64,000 nucleotides of DNA. It comes from Chiloscyllium plagiosum (taxonomy: Eukaryota). The position numbers and the translations under genes are program-made. The notes beneath the pieces were generated by a model, which was not told the DNA's origin, searched no databases, and was given only the letters and a program-made list of their open reading frames with translations. Positions 1 through 12,690 of the stretch are shown here, piece after piece (within the stretch, counting starts at the first letter, position 1; each line of letters starts with the position of its first letter). The stretch spans positions 80,872,420 to 80,936,419 of the forward strand of contig NC_057711.1 in assembly GCF_004010195.1 (NCBI RefSeq). Reading direction: 5' to 3'.

Positions 1-1260
1 AGTCTTGATTTTGTCCTGCCAGGATATAAACATCATATGCTGCAGATGGCAAAAGGTCAACAGTTGTATTACTTCACTCCACAGATGGAGTGTATCTCTG
101 GTTTGTTCTTTTTTTATTACAATTCCCTTCTCCAATTTCAAGGATTCTTTTATTTACAGCTAAATTGAAACATTGCATATCCAGCATTGTGCAGTGCAAA
201 TATTTTATTCAGCCATCACTTAAGCCAACCAAACATTGCATACCGATAATGTGAACTAACAAGATTTCCCGCTTCTACACAAACACCTAGTAGTAATCTC
301 AAGGAAAGGCAAAATGCAACTCAACTCATACTAAATGGAGAGGCTAAGAATAGTATCCCATCTCAGATCAAGGATAGGTCAAAGAACTTATGTCAGACCA
401 AAATACTTGAGAAGGGGAAAAATTCTGTCACTGGGAACACAGGTATCAGGGGACTGAAAGAGAGGAAAGAATGGAAAGGAACAACTAAACTTGAGACGTT
501 TAGTTTCATCAATTTATTTAATAGCAGCAAATCTTCTTTGGTCATTTTCTATGAAAATGCATAACCATACATCTCAATAATACTTACTTCAAACATAGAA
601 AATTGCATCCTTGCTGGCTTACTTTGGAAGAGACCAATCAGCCAATTAGCACTGCCAATAGCAGCAAAACCCATTATATATAATCGAAGTCCATCCTAGC
701 CTAACTTATAATTAGTTTAATCAAATGTTATATCTGTTAGAACATAATATACAGTATTTTGTGCATCATCTGTACATTATCTGAAATTTCCAAAGGACAA
801 GAATTCCATGTGACAACAAACAATTTAAAATGTTTCATATACTTAGGCACTATGTTCAGTACTACAGTCAACTAATCAGGACAAAAGTTAAATTAGCTTT
901 AAAAGCTAGACTATAATCTCAATATTCAAAGTCATATTCAGATTACTAGATCAATGTTAATCTGAAAGTTAAAAAGGATGGCCAAGACTAGCTGCAGGAT
1001 CCTAGTTACTGAATAATGTCTCAATAACCAAAATATTTCTATTTTGGGTGAAAAGGAATTTTGTGAACATGAAGTAGAAATAACGAGATTCTTTCTGCCA
1101 AATCAATTTTGAAAGGCCACCAGTTAAACTGTGAGATCACAACACTCCACCTTTAATTATCTGCCTGTACATTATAGCAAGAAATCATTATACTCTGGAA
1201 CATTATGCAGGTTGATGTGAAGAGCTGAAACATTAACAACTGGAGTTTAAATCTTACTTC

Positions 1261-1310
1261 AAATCTTCCTTAAAATCCTCCTTAAAATCCTCCTTAAATC
1301 TTCCTTAAAA
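1261..1310. repeat. Short tandem repeat, about 4 copies of a ~12-bp unit (CTTAAAATCCTC)
   Basis: aaatcttccttaaaatcctccttaaaatcctccttaaatcttccttaaaa read directly. Confidence 0.85.
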
Positions 1311-4300
1311 TTTATCAGTACACTGTTGACCAGTAAGAAACCACATCTTTTTACACATTACTACTACATCAAAAAAAACTTGATGACATTCAGAAAATGA
1401 ATTTAAAAGTAACCAATAAAACAAAGCCAGTTCAAACAATGAATATTCCTCACTAGTCAAAATACAGAATTTTCTCAAGCCAGTACAAACATGAAAAAAC
1501 AATACAATTTTAATCAGTTAAAACTGACAACTGTAATCAATATCCACTCATCTTCTTACAACAAATGCTTCTAAATATGCTAAAAAAGTTATATTTAAAC
1601 AAAAACACGGATAGTTTTTTTCATGTTTTCAGTATTACACATGAACAAAAAGCACTTATGTCTGAATAAAAACCATTTGCTTACGACTCTACAACTCTGC
1701 AGGTGGTATCCTCAAAGACCAAGCAAAGTGCCTACAGAAGACAAACCTCAAGAAGAACATTTTCTCTTACAATGTTCACTTGCTATCTAGAGTATAAACT
1801 ATAAAAAGATAAGCCTGCTAGGAGCCTCACTAATGCCCAGTCATCTCCCAGAGAGATTTCTTGTCAAACGTAACCAGGCTGCATAAGCCTTTTCTACAGC
1901 ATAATGAGCACTTAGGCCACACTGGTGATCAGTCAGCAAAATGCTTCAGTTTCAACCAAGTTATACCTCTGGCCCCAAAAGTCATCTGTTTTGAAGAATT
2001 ATGATCAGATACCTTTGGCAGACATATATAGTAACAATAAATGTCTGAAATTTGTAGTATAAAAATTCAGCATGGTTGAAAATATATCTTAACAAAAGAA
2101 AAATGTAATTTAAATGTAATGTATAAATTCAAATCTCTAGAGAGAAGCAAATCAGGACTGAGAAGGAATCCATCATATAGCATTCTACAAAAAAAAATTA
2201 ACTTAACATCCTTCACTGCTGTACATAAGTAACATTGCTGCATTTGACAACCATCAAGGTGGTTATGCAAACAACTCTGCATTTCCATTTCAATGCAACA
2301 CAACCAAAGACAAAAGCACACTAGACCACTTGGGCAATTACTGCATTTAAATTAATACATCAAATAATCATTTCTCAGCAGTGGTGAATTTTAAAGCATA
2401 GAATCAGTCAAATCAGACCCCAAGTTGAAACCCATTCCTATGTTTTTTGACAAGGATGTCTCAGCAAAGAGATAATTTAATGGTGACATTTTCAAAAAAG
2501 AAAATCAATGTCTTAAGGACTTACTATCAATCGTATCTTCAGGATTAAAAATCACAAAGTCACCACTTCTCTTGGATTGCTTTCATCCTGCAATTAATGT
2601 TTTCTTGGCACACAACCAGAGTCAAAGCATCATTTAATACATCAATTGCTTGATTTGCCTTGCTCACATTATCCGCCTACATTGTGCTTTGTTTTGTTAT
2701 TTTAATATACTCAAAAATAGCCTAGCCTTATCTCAGTATCATCAATTGTGTATCTATGCCTCATGTACAAGAGCAGTTTTAGTTATCACGAACATACAAT
2801 GCAGTAACTTATGACCATCTCTTTAAACCTCAAAGAGCTTTTTATTTCCCTCAACCCCATAAACTCCACATGCATAGGACCAACAGAGGCATCTGTTCAC
2901 CTTCAAATTTCTTTGCATACAAAGGAGTGTTAGTCACTACACCATACTCTGTGGACATTACATAAATCCTTCTAGAATATTACATTTTGTTTATCAAGCC
3001 ATGATGATCATGTCAACTTGTCAGGCATATAATAAAATTTGAATTTTAACATTATGTTGCAAATTTACATTTTCCAGATCCTGAGAGTTCTAATGATGAT
3101 TTGATACAAAATGGTTAAGGCTCTTCCTTCAGATGTTGATGGCAAATGTTTCGTTACATCTACTTCACTAAGTTCAAAGAAAGAATTTCTATAAAAATGA
3201 GCTTACCTGTTTGTGCATCTCAATATTCAATCCATAAGACATTTCATAATACTGTAAAAGGAAAACATGATGATAAACCAAATGATAATGATGTTTTGAC
3301 TAAACTGAAGAAGTGCGAGTTTTCAGTAGTTTACTTCCCATTTCAGATTGGGAAACATGACAAACTAATAGCATACTACTTCTAATTTTAAAAGGTAATT
3401 GTTTAAGCTCACCATAACATAGTGTCGCTGCATTTCTGTCTTCTCACTTGCCAATTTCTCACATTCCAATTTTAGACTGTAAAATACCAAAAATTTTTAA
3501 AAATCTTTCACAAGATGCAATTGCCGCCACAAGGTCCAGTGTTTGTTACCGATCCTTAAACAGCCCCGAAAATGTCAACATAGGAACTTTTTTAAAGCAA
3601 CAACAAAAGCATCTTAAAGAGTGCCTACGTAAAAGACTGCAGTAGTAGCAAAAACAGAAGTACTGGATAAATCAAAAGAAAGAACAACCCATTGTAATGC
3701 ACCGGATATTAAAATTTAACTGTAAACTTCACGAATAATAAAGTAAATAAACTCAACTGTTCTAAATGCTTTAGTCATTAAATTAAGCCGAGTTGTATAC
3801 AATTGAAATCAACTCGTATAATTTACGATTTTCAACGATGTAATTCATAAGTGTCAAAAAAGTTCAGAGGGTTTAGACCACTAAGACTCCTGTTTCCTCA
3901 ATGTGTGGTTTGTTTGCAATCTTTTGAAAGGAACCAAAATCTGGCCGCAGCGAGAGCGCCGCTCTCTGGTGAGGGAAAGTAAGCATTGGCTACCTACCGC
4001 AGACAAACCAAATAACACCGGAGACTGAACTAACCAGCAGCAAATAAACATACTTTTCCCCGGCAGAGAATGGAAGACTTATTTCACCTGTGATACTGAG
4101 CCTGCAAAAACTGGAACTCTTCTTTAATACGATCCAGCGATTCGGGGATGGTGAATTTGAAAGGCTGGGCTGCAGCCTGGTGCGGCGTCTGAGAAAACAG
4201 CGGGTAAGGAAACAAGAATTACAAGTACACAGAGACAAGAGACCGCGAACGATTCAACTCGCAGCCTAGGCAGCTTTATACCAGAAACTTTCCGACAGAA

Positions 4301-5224
4301 GAAAGCAACGAACACAAACACATGACACTGAAAGAGGGCAAGGTCGTTTGACAGAATTAAACACTGGACCTTTTGTCGGTCTACGTAAGCTCGGTAGAAT
4401 CTGTGATCTTCCTGCCCAACTTTCAGGGGGGACAGTTATTGAGATGACATTGTTTCAAAACACAGCAAGGAACAGATGTGCACGCAGGTTATCTGGGAAC
4501 TGATTAGAAGTAGCTTTCCACTCAAAATATCACACGACACTTTGCTGGTAGTGCAACTATACATCGCTCCGCTGAAGGTGTTTTCATTTCCTTGAATAAA
4601 GATCACACAATGAAGTGACAAAGCGGCCGACCAGGAGAGCTGCTTTCTCTTTACTTACAGGATGCCTGCTCTGAGGAAACATTGCTGGGTCCGCCAGACG
4701 CTAACCACCGTTGCTCAAACAATCGCTCGATCTCCTTTAAGAAACGCACATTAATAAGAATTCCCTCGAAAAGAAAAACAAAGTGTTTACTGCAAGCGCA
4801 TCCTTGGTTTAGGTCCCCCCAAAAAAGGTGGTGTTTTAAGAGAGACTTTAAAGCCCTCAGGGAGGCTGGCAGATCTCGCTGTCCCGGCTCAACTCCTCTC
4901 GGTCTTTAAGACAACAAAACCTTTCGGAAAACAGCAATTGCCACTTCTGTAACAAGACCAAATTTCTAAGCCGCCCCAGGAAATCTTCTCGGCTTCTTTT
5001 TCTTTGATTGCAGAATATCCACCAGAATAAATATAGAATGTATACCGTGCGAAGTTTAAGCGGGTATAATTGCTACAGTGAAAAACAATGTAGCAGTTTC
5101 CCCCCACACAGACTGGTTACATTAACACGCGGTTTCTATTCCACCCATCCTCCCCCACCACCCCCCCCATCGTGATCGTTCACCAAATTTAGACACGCGC
5201 AGTCTGAGGATACGTTCCATCCCA

Positions 5225-5640
5225 TTCTTCGCCAATCAGGATGCGGAGAGGGGCCCTTGTTACACGTGGGGTTGTGTCATCATCGCGGAGCGTTGTCCAA
5301 TGGAAGGCGGCTACCGTTGTCGGCCAGCTGTCAATCAGGCTGAGCGGCGACAGAGCCCAGCAATTGCGAGGCGGCCTGCCTTTCGACTCCTTTTCTATTG
5401 GTAACTATGGAATGTCAATCACGCTGACGACTTATGCCTCAGACCAATAGTGCGCAGGATTGTGTCTGTTTGTCTCTTTCTGATTGGTCTCTACTTCCTT
5501 CCCTCCGCCCTCATGTTCCCACCCCCTTCGCTCGAGCGGGCTGCGCTGAAACGGTTCGAATCAAACGAGTGGCCGTCCGTCAGTCAGTCAGAGAGAGACA
5601 ATAGGGCGGCGGCGGGCTCAGCTGTCACTCAAAGTAACGT
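5225..5640. promoter_or_regulatory. TATA-less Pol II core/proximal promoter with NF-Y (CCAAT), TALE decamer, GC-box, E-box and CHR-like motifs
   Basis: CCAAT at 5232, 5297, 5444 and ATTGG at 5397, 5483. TGA(T/G)TGACA(G/T) on the minus strand at 5328-5337, 5412-5421, 5622-5631. CACGTG 5263-5268, CTCCGCCC 5503-5510, TTCGAA 5555-5560. Confidence 0.8.
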
Positions 5641-5927
5641 GGGTTCCAAATACTGACAGGGGGAAAAAAAACATAGACAGACAAGCCTTTGTCCCACCCA
5701 CAACGAAAAGAGCCAGAGCAGGAATGTTAACTAATTATAACAGTGTAGCAAAGCTTCACATCTTGCTTTTGTTGAAGGAGTGCATCATGTCGGGCTGTTA
5801 TGATTGTTGTAAGCAACTTTGAACAAAAGGGTTTCCTTGAAGCTAATGTAATCATAATTTTAGGTCTTATTATACACGTCGCGTTAATTAAATAAATTGG
5901 AATGTATTTTGTTGGTGTGTAATTCAT

Positions 5928-5964
5928 CCCCCCCCCCCCCACACACACACACACACACACACAC
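5928..5964. repeat. C13 + (AC)12 microsatellite
   Basis: Read directly. Confidence 0.95.
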
Positions 5965-6762
5965 AATTTTGACAATATCTACTTCACTTTAAGTCCTGGG
6001 TTTGGTAAAAGCGCGAACACATCAACAATGTCTGTGCTGAAATGCACATCAAAGCGGTCCGCGTATGTTTTCAGTTCGTTTTACTAGAAAATTGCATCCA
6101 GATGTTTAACAGGTATTACATCGGCTTTTTCAGCCTTGATTACATCGGTTTATTCTGTTTGTTTACAGCTCTCTTGGCTTGTTAGGTAACACAAAGGAAA
6201 TATTCACGGCGAACTTCTTATTGATTGTTTGAAACTGACTTGAGTTGAGAAACAGATTACACGTGTTATCCCTCCGTTCACCCCCCCCCCCCCCCCCAAG
6301 ACGACAAGTTGCTCGGAATCCTGACTATATTTTTGTTGTTGGGGAAAACCCTCAGGGTGATATTCTCCAGACAATGCCTTCTTTGCACGCAGGACCCCTG
6401 TGAACTGAAACTCTGATAAGTGAAAAGACTCCAGACCACACGCGCGATACGTAAAAGACGCTTTTATTTGTTTCAACTACTTCGTTACAAGAATCCTAGT
6501 ACGATACAATATTCTAAAATTCCACTCCTAAGTAATTCATAGTATCTCTCCTGTCAAGGCGTCATGCCATCACTGAACCAAGGTTTCGTCTATATGCAAA
6601 TAATTTCCGATATTGATAGCAAATTAAGTTTTATTATGTGTTCATGGACATCTTACACAATAATAGATCATAGAAAGATTAACAATAAGTGTGATTCTGT
6701 TTCAACAAATGGTCTCCCGCCACACTGCACACTGGAAATGAAGACTGAACATTTTAGATGAG

Positions 6763-6928
6763 AACCAAAAGAAGTGCGGTTGCGGAAGTCAGAAACAAAA
6801 GTCAGAACTGGCTGGAAAAGCTCAGCAGGTCTGAGGGAGGACCACTGGACACTAAATGTTAACTCTGATTTCTCTCCAAGGATGCTGCCTGACCTGCTGA
6901 GCTTTTTTCCAGCAATTTCTTTGTTTAT
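6763..6928. mobile_element. Miniature palindromic Penelope-like (PLE) terminal-repeat derivative with a degenerate hammerhead motif
   Basis: Inverted arms gctggaaaagctcagcaggtc / gacctgctgagcttttttccagc. Flanking imperfect direct repeat attttagatgag (6751-6762) / atttcggatgag (6929-6940). Confidence 0.7.
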
Positions 6929-7748
6929 ATTTCGGATGAGCCTGGTTAGGAGGGCAGTGTGTAATTCAGTTCCCCTTTTAAAACTGTAAATCCAGTTCTT
7001 ATTTACACATCATTATATCAGAGTATTCTCGTCACGCGATTCCTTAGTTCACATATTTCATGTTTTTGTTATACTCTTTTTTGAAATAGTTGCTCTGTAA
7101 GATTGTCATGCTGCCACACCACTTCAACTTTGCAATTCCTCTCAGCTTGTACTGCTAAGAGAAAGTCATATATACCAACGATGTTCTGCCATCCAAGTTG
7201 CTGAAACATTTTATAATATCTCCGTTAATAACAACATGAAATCAAAGTATTATATGAAAATAAGGTTAGATTTTATGACATTCAAAATTACTCCCTGTCC
7301 TTAATTCCTGCTTCACCTTAAGGTACACTTGAATTTGATGACCTTTGGGACAATGTTCAACTGCCTGCCACAGGAAGAACAGATGGCAGCAGCTAACAAC
7401 ATTGAAGATAGTGGACTAGTGAGGCCTGGGGAAAGTGGAGTGGTGTGATTGACAGGTTGGAATGTGGGGATGATGTGTTTGCAAGGGTTGGGGTGATGTA
7501 TGAGGTTGTCAGAGGATTCATCTCAACCAGTGCATTAATACCATAAACTTGCATGTCACAACTTCACGATGGATGTGTGAATGAGTAGGCTGTCAATATG
7601 CCTGGAACAGATATTGGGTTTCTAAATATGCAAATTAAAATTATAAACAATTTTTCAGATATAATTTAGGGAATCGGGCACCATACCTGGTAAATTAGCA
7701 GTCCTCAAACAACACACTGGTGGCTGCTCACTAAACAGCTAAGATAAC

Positions 7749-8110
7749 CATAAGACATAAGAGCAGAGATTAGGTCATTCAGCCCATTTAATCTGCTTCA
7801 CCATTCAATCATGGCTGATAAGTTGCTCGACCCCATTCTTCCATTTTCTCCCTGTAACCCTTGATCCCCTTGACAATCAAGAACCAATTTGGTTCTGTCT
7901 TAAATGTACTCAATCACCTGGCCTCCACAGCCTTCTGTGGCAATTAATTCCATCGATTCACCACTCGCTGCTGAAGAAGTTTCTCCTTATCTCCATTCTA
8001 AACAGTCTTCTGTTTACTCTAAGGCTGTGCTCTCAGCTCCTGGTCTCTCCTACCAATGGAGACAGCTTCCCAACGTTCACCCTGTCCCGGCTATTCAGTA
8101 TTCTGTAAGC
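7749..8110 (-). mobile_element. CR1 LINE 3' end fragment
   Basis: Reverse complement of a CR1 3'UTR and tail (ccataagacataagagcag...cattcagccc), followed by ORF2 C-terminal remnant. Confidence 0.75.
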
Positions 8111-8829
8111 TTGATTTTTTTTTGGAAAAGTCCAAGAGAGTCAACAATATCCCTCTATTCTTGAAAGAAAATTCTCTCACTGCTGGCATCTTTGGTTCCT
8201 GCAACTTGTCACTACCTTTCCTCCCCCTATCCCCAACTACCTCAGTGAATTCCATCAGCTGTATTCCTGCCTGATCTGCCTGCGAGATCAATATTAGAGT
8301 TGAATAACGTCCCAACTCCCAGAAGAAACAAGTTGCAATAGGATCCCTCTTGATGTTTGTAGCTGCCTAGCAGTTTACTAATAAATCTCTGGCATCTAAA
8401 GGCCTAACTTCAACCCATCACAATGGCAGATGGAGCAGCTGCTCGTTTTGGATACTACAAGAATCCCACCCTCATCTCCACCTACATCATGTGCTTAAAA
8501 TTCTGGGTATTCACAGGTCTTTAGAATGCTAAGTTTGGGCAGCTTCACATTCTAAACTAAATGCAGTCTGAATGCAATATTGTACTCATACATATAAATC
8601 TATTTTGTCTTTTTAGAATTTTTCAAGTTTCAGTATTTATTGACCTCATTTATTACTACTTCTATTCCTAAGATTTTTTTCTAATGATCCAGATTTCCTG
8701 TCAAGAAGTGTGAATCTTTTACAACATTGCAATGTTAGAATATTATTACAATAGTACATGTATCAGCTAATAAGGCTCTAAAACCCCTTTTAAAATACTG
8801 CTTGTTGATTTCAGCTAAAGTTCCATTAA

Positions 8830-9210
8830 ACTCACAAAATACCATCATGACTGATCTGTGGCCTAACTTCATATACCCATCTTTGTCCTGTATCCCTTGA
8901 AAAACAAATATCTATCAATCTTGGATTTAAAATATACAACTGATTCAGTATTAATTACAGTTTGCAATTCCAAACTTCTACCAATCTTTTACTTGTAGAA
9001 GTGTTTCCTAATTTCATTCCTTAAAGGTCTGGTTCTAATTTTTATTTCCTTTGGAACTAGACACCTAGCCAATGAAAATAATTTATCTTTATTTATCCTA
9101 CATGTTCCCCATAGTAGTTTGAAAACTTTCATTAAATCTCCCTTAAACCTTCTAAACTCAAAGGAATACAACCACAGTTTGTGGAATGCATCCTTGTAAT
9201 TTTACCCTGG
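8830..9210 (-). mobile_element. Old CR1 LINE 3' fragment
   Basis: ORF 8989-9171 YSFEFRRFKGDLMKVFK...RNEIRKHF matches the CR1 ORF2 C-terminus motif (LE.RRLRGDLI.V.K). Confidence 0.75.
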
Positions 9211-11438
9211 TTATAGCCATAGGCTCATAATTTCATTTAAAGGGGAGATAACCAAGACTGGCTCTTCAATGCTTTCTAGTGCTCTTGTTACACAGCAGTG
9301 TCAAGATTAAAATTTGATCTTCAGTTTCAAGTAGAGTTGATGATGGTGGGAGAATATATAGATGGAGTGGAGAAGGCAAAAAGTGTCAACCAATTTGCAT
9401 AATTCATGTTCTAGGTGGAGGTACATTTGAGTAAAGTACACATCTATCTGGAAATATGATGTTAATAGTTTCCAGCAATAACCAAAAACCTGCCCTTGAT
9501 TTATATTTGCATCCACTGAGAAAATACTTCAAATCTGATAAGCATGCAATTGGAAGCATTATATAGGATAGGATATACTATTTACATGACCCTGTAACTA
9601 TCTTATTTATCCATCATGCAGCCAATGTAAACACTTCAGCTGTATAATCAAGCAAGCTTCTGATTCAACCCCTCAGTGACATTGTATGCAACACAGCAAC
9701 ACAGAGTAAATTTACATGTTTACTATGTAATCAGAGAAAGCAGTCAAGGTGAAATCTAGTCATTGCTAAAGCAGGTCTTTTCAGTGGTTAGAAAGAAGCT
9801 GGCAAAAAGACTGTTGATCTTTGCATCTTTTTGCTGTCACAGGTGTGAAGATTTGTATATTTATGTGTGTTGGGTAGTACAATTAAGTCTAACCTGAGAA
9901 TTGCAAGGAAACTGTTATACTATACTGTAAATTTTAAATCACTTTTAAATTGTGATTCTTGAATTAAAAATAAACATGCTTGGTTCATGATCATCTGCAG
10001 ATATATAAATTTGATCTGCAATTAGAACTGATTTGCTTTGCACAATAGTGTAATAAACTGCTTTGCTGTAAACACAAGGAGCAGTGAAACCAGACACTTT
10101 TTAAAATAGATCTCCAGGATCCACGGCTCTTTATTTAACTTTTTAAAACAGATTGGATATCACCTCTTTGATAGTGCAGTGTTTGATATTTCACCCGAAA
10201 TTGCCATTCAATAAACATTGCCTAATTTTAGAGCTGCTCTTAAAGAAAATTTAAGCAGCAGCAAATGGACAGGGACATGCAGAATGAATCAAGTCCACAC
10301 ATAGCAAGATTAAAGCAAATGAATTAATTCAGAAAAATCTTGTTTTATTAACTAATACTAAGAAAGTAACATAGAAATGTTTTAATTGTCATCCATCTCA
10401 AATGGGATCCTTAAAAATCATTGAGTGTATTTCAAATGTGTACAGAAATTGCATGTGAGTTTTGAAACCAATTTATTTCCACCAATATCCTACTAAAAAT
10501 AGTGTTTACTTGTGATAAAACGTGTGAAACTTTGCTTGTCATTTTGTTTGCCAACAATTTTCCCATGTGATGCTGGTAGATGATTTGGAAAATTTTAGTC
10601 AATAGTCTGGCACAGATGGACATTTCATACGTTGAATAATTAACAAGCCTCTGAAATTCAGTCTTATTTGGTTAGTAAATTAATTGTTCGAAAAGTGCTT
10701 TAAAGAAAACAATACAAAATGTGTACCTATTTAGTTTCTTTTGAATTAGACATTTCAAACCTCTTTGTTTCTAAAATTTAACTGGAAGATCATAAATGAC
10801 AAAGAAAACCAAATTCTTTTTTTTCACTCATTCTCCAAACTGAGGGAAGTATTCTAAGTGGACTTCCTGATGTATTTACTAAATAAGCAATATAATATCA
10901 GTGGAAATAAAAGCATAATCTAAAACTACCATTTTAGATTTACAAGCATTAGATTTAAATGATCAAAACCTTTTCATCATTGGCATATTTCATAACAGTT
11001 TTGAGTGTCATTGACAATCTCATTTTTCTACAAAGCAGTCAGTGTAATCAGGTGACACATTACAGAACACAACTATTTTCCCTTAGGGGTTGTCTATCAT
11101 TAAAGCATTCACTTCTCATTTTAGTTTGCAGTTTACATAATTATTAGACATTTAAAGAATGGTGGGAAGTTGTGGGTGGATAATTCATAGCTGATTTGTT
11201 TTTATGTTCAGTGTGGGTTAAATATTTCATTAAGTGATAAAGAAGTAAGGCTGTACATACAGATTGCTCTGCTAAATAAAACATTCTATTCCTTCTGTTT
11301 GCAATAATTTTAACGTTTAAGAAAATGTATAAAATAATATCTCATATGCTCTTTAATTGAAGAATTCCAAACAAGTTAGAGACTGGAAAAACAAGGAACT
11401 GCTGCTATAGATGGTACTCAAAACTAAATCTAATATAA

Positions 11439-11658
11439 GGAGAAAGTGAGGACTGCAAATGCTGGAAATCAGAGTCGAAAGTGTGGAGCTGGAAATGCGC
11501 AGCAGGTCAGGCAGTATCCGAGGAGCAGGAGAATTGATAGAATTGATATTTTGGGCATAAGCCCTTCATCAGGAATTATACCCGCAACGTTGATTCTCCT
11601 GCTCCTCAGATGCTGCCTGACCTCCTGTGCATTTCCAGCACCACACTCTTGACTCCAC
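11439..11658. mobile_element. Miniature palindromic PLE derivative containing a hammerhead-like motif (minus, 11545-11573)
   Basis: ~70-bp inverted arms. The minus strand reads cctgatgaagggcttatgcccaaaatatc. TSD atctaatataa (11428-11438) / atctaatacaa (11659-11669). Confidence 0.8.
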
Positions 11659-12040
11659 ATCTAATACAACCCTTGCATCGAACTGCATTTAGAGTGTGAT
11701 GGAAAATCTATTACATATTTTAAACTATCACTGTCAGAAGTGACACACATCAAATATGCAAAGTGTCTTCCTATCTACTTAATATGTTTTCAAAGAGTAA
11801 ACAAAAAGCATATCATTTTTTATTGAATGATAGTGATTGCTTTAAATGTTTCTTGTGAATCACCCACAAATGAGCAAGCAAGAAGCAGGGTTGGGTTTCA
11901 AATTGGAGATGGTAATCAGGCACTTGAAGCAATCAGGCATCATGTCAAATCCTAGCAATGTCAATTTGGTGAGACACCAGTTTCACATTGGATTTAATTG
12001 CACTTTGTTTAATAATATCTAAAATAATAAAACTTAAAAG

Positions 12041-12690
12041 CATAGAGTCACAGAGTCATAGAGATGTACAGCATGGAAACAGACCCTTCGATCCAACCTG
12101 TCCATGCCGACCAGATATCCCAACCTAATCTAGTCCCACTTGCCAGCACCCTGCCCATATCCCTCCAAACTCTTCCTATTCATATACCCATCCAAATGCC
12201 ACTTAAATGTTGCAATTGTACCAGCCTCCACCATATCCTCTGGCAGCTCATTCCATACACGTACCACCCTCTGCGTGAAAAAGTTGTCCCTTAGGCCTCT
12301 TTTATATCTTTCCCCTCTCACCCTAAACCTATGCCCTCTAGTTCTGGACTCGCATGGAAACAGACCCTTTGGTCCAACCCGTCCATGCTGACCAGATATC
12401 CCAACCCAATCTAGTCCCACCTGCCAGCACCCAGCCCATATCCCTCCATACCCTTCCTATTCATATGAACCTCCACTCCAAGGTCTCATTGTTCAGCAAC
12501 ACTCCCTAGGACCTTACCATTTAGTGTATAAGTCCTGCTAATATTTGCTTTCTGACACAAATCAACACAAGCTTTCACACAACTCATGACAGGTTGTTAA
12601 AAGCACACACGCAGTGACCAAAATGCAGCACCTCGCATTTATCTGAATTAAACTCCATCTGACACTTCTCAGCCCATTGGCCCAAATTAA
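12041..12690 (-). mobile_element. HER1-like CR1 LINE 3' end, rearranged (3' terminal segment duplicated, internal deletion)
   Basis: Tail (ctatgact)n reverse complement at 12041. ORF 12130-12420 SRTRGHRFRVRGERYK...FFTQRVVRVWNELPE. The 3'UTR restarts at 12352. Confidence 0.9.

Larger units (their letters stand above)
3900..6500. promoter_or_regulatory. CpG-enriched island surrounding a promoter / likely 5' end of a gene
   Basis: CpG dinucleotides are visibly frequent here but depleted in most of the window. No TE is recognisable and there are several splice-donor-like motifs. Confidence 0.7.

Noticed and set aside
583..740. Possible minus-strand exon (donor GTAAGT near 587, acceptor near 736)
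   Set aside because: No convincing reading frame and a weak polypyrimidine tract; cannot be supported without RNA data.
5241..5656. Short plus-strand ORFs over the promoter
   Set aside because: Chance ORFs in GC-rich promoter DNA; no domain resemblance.
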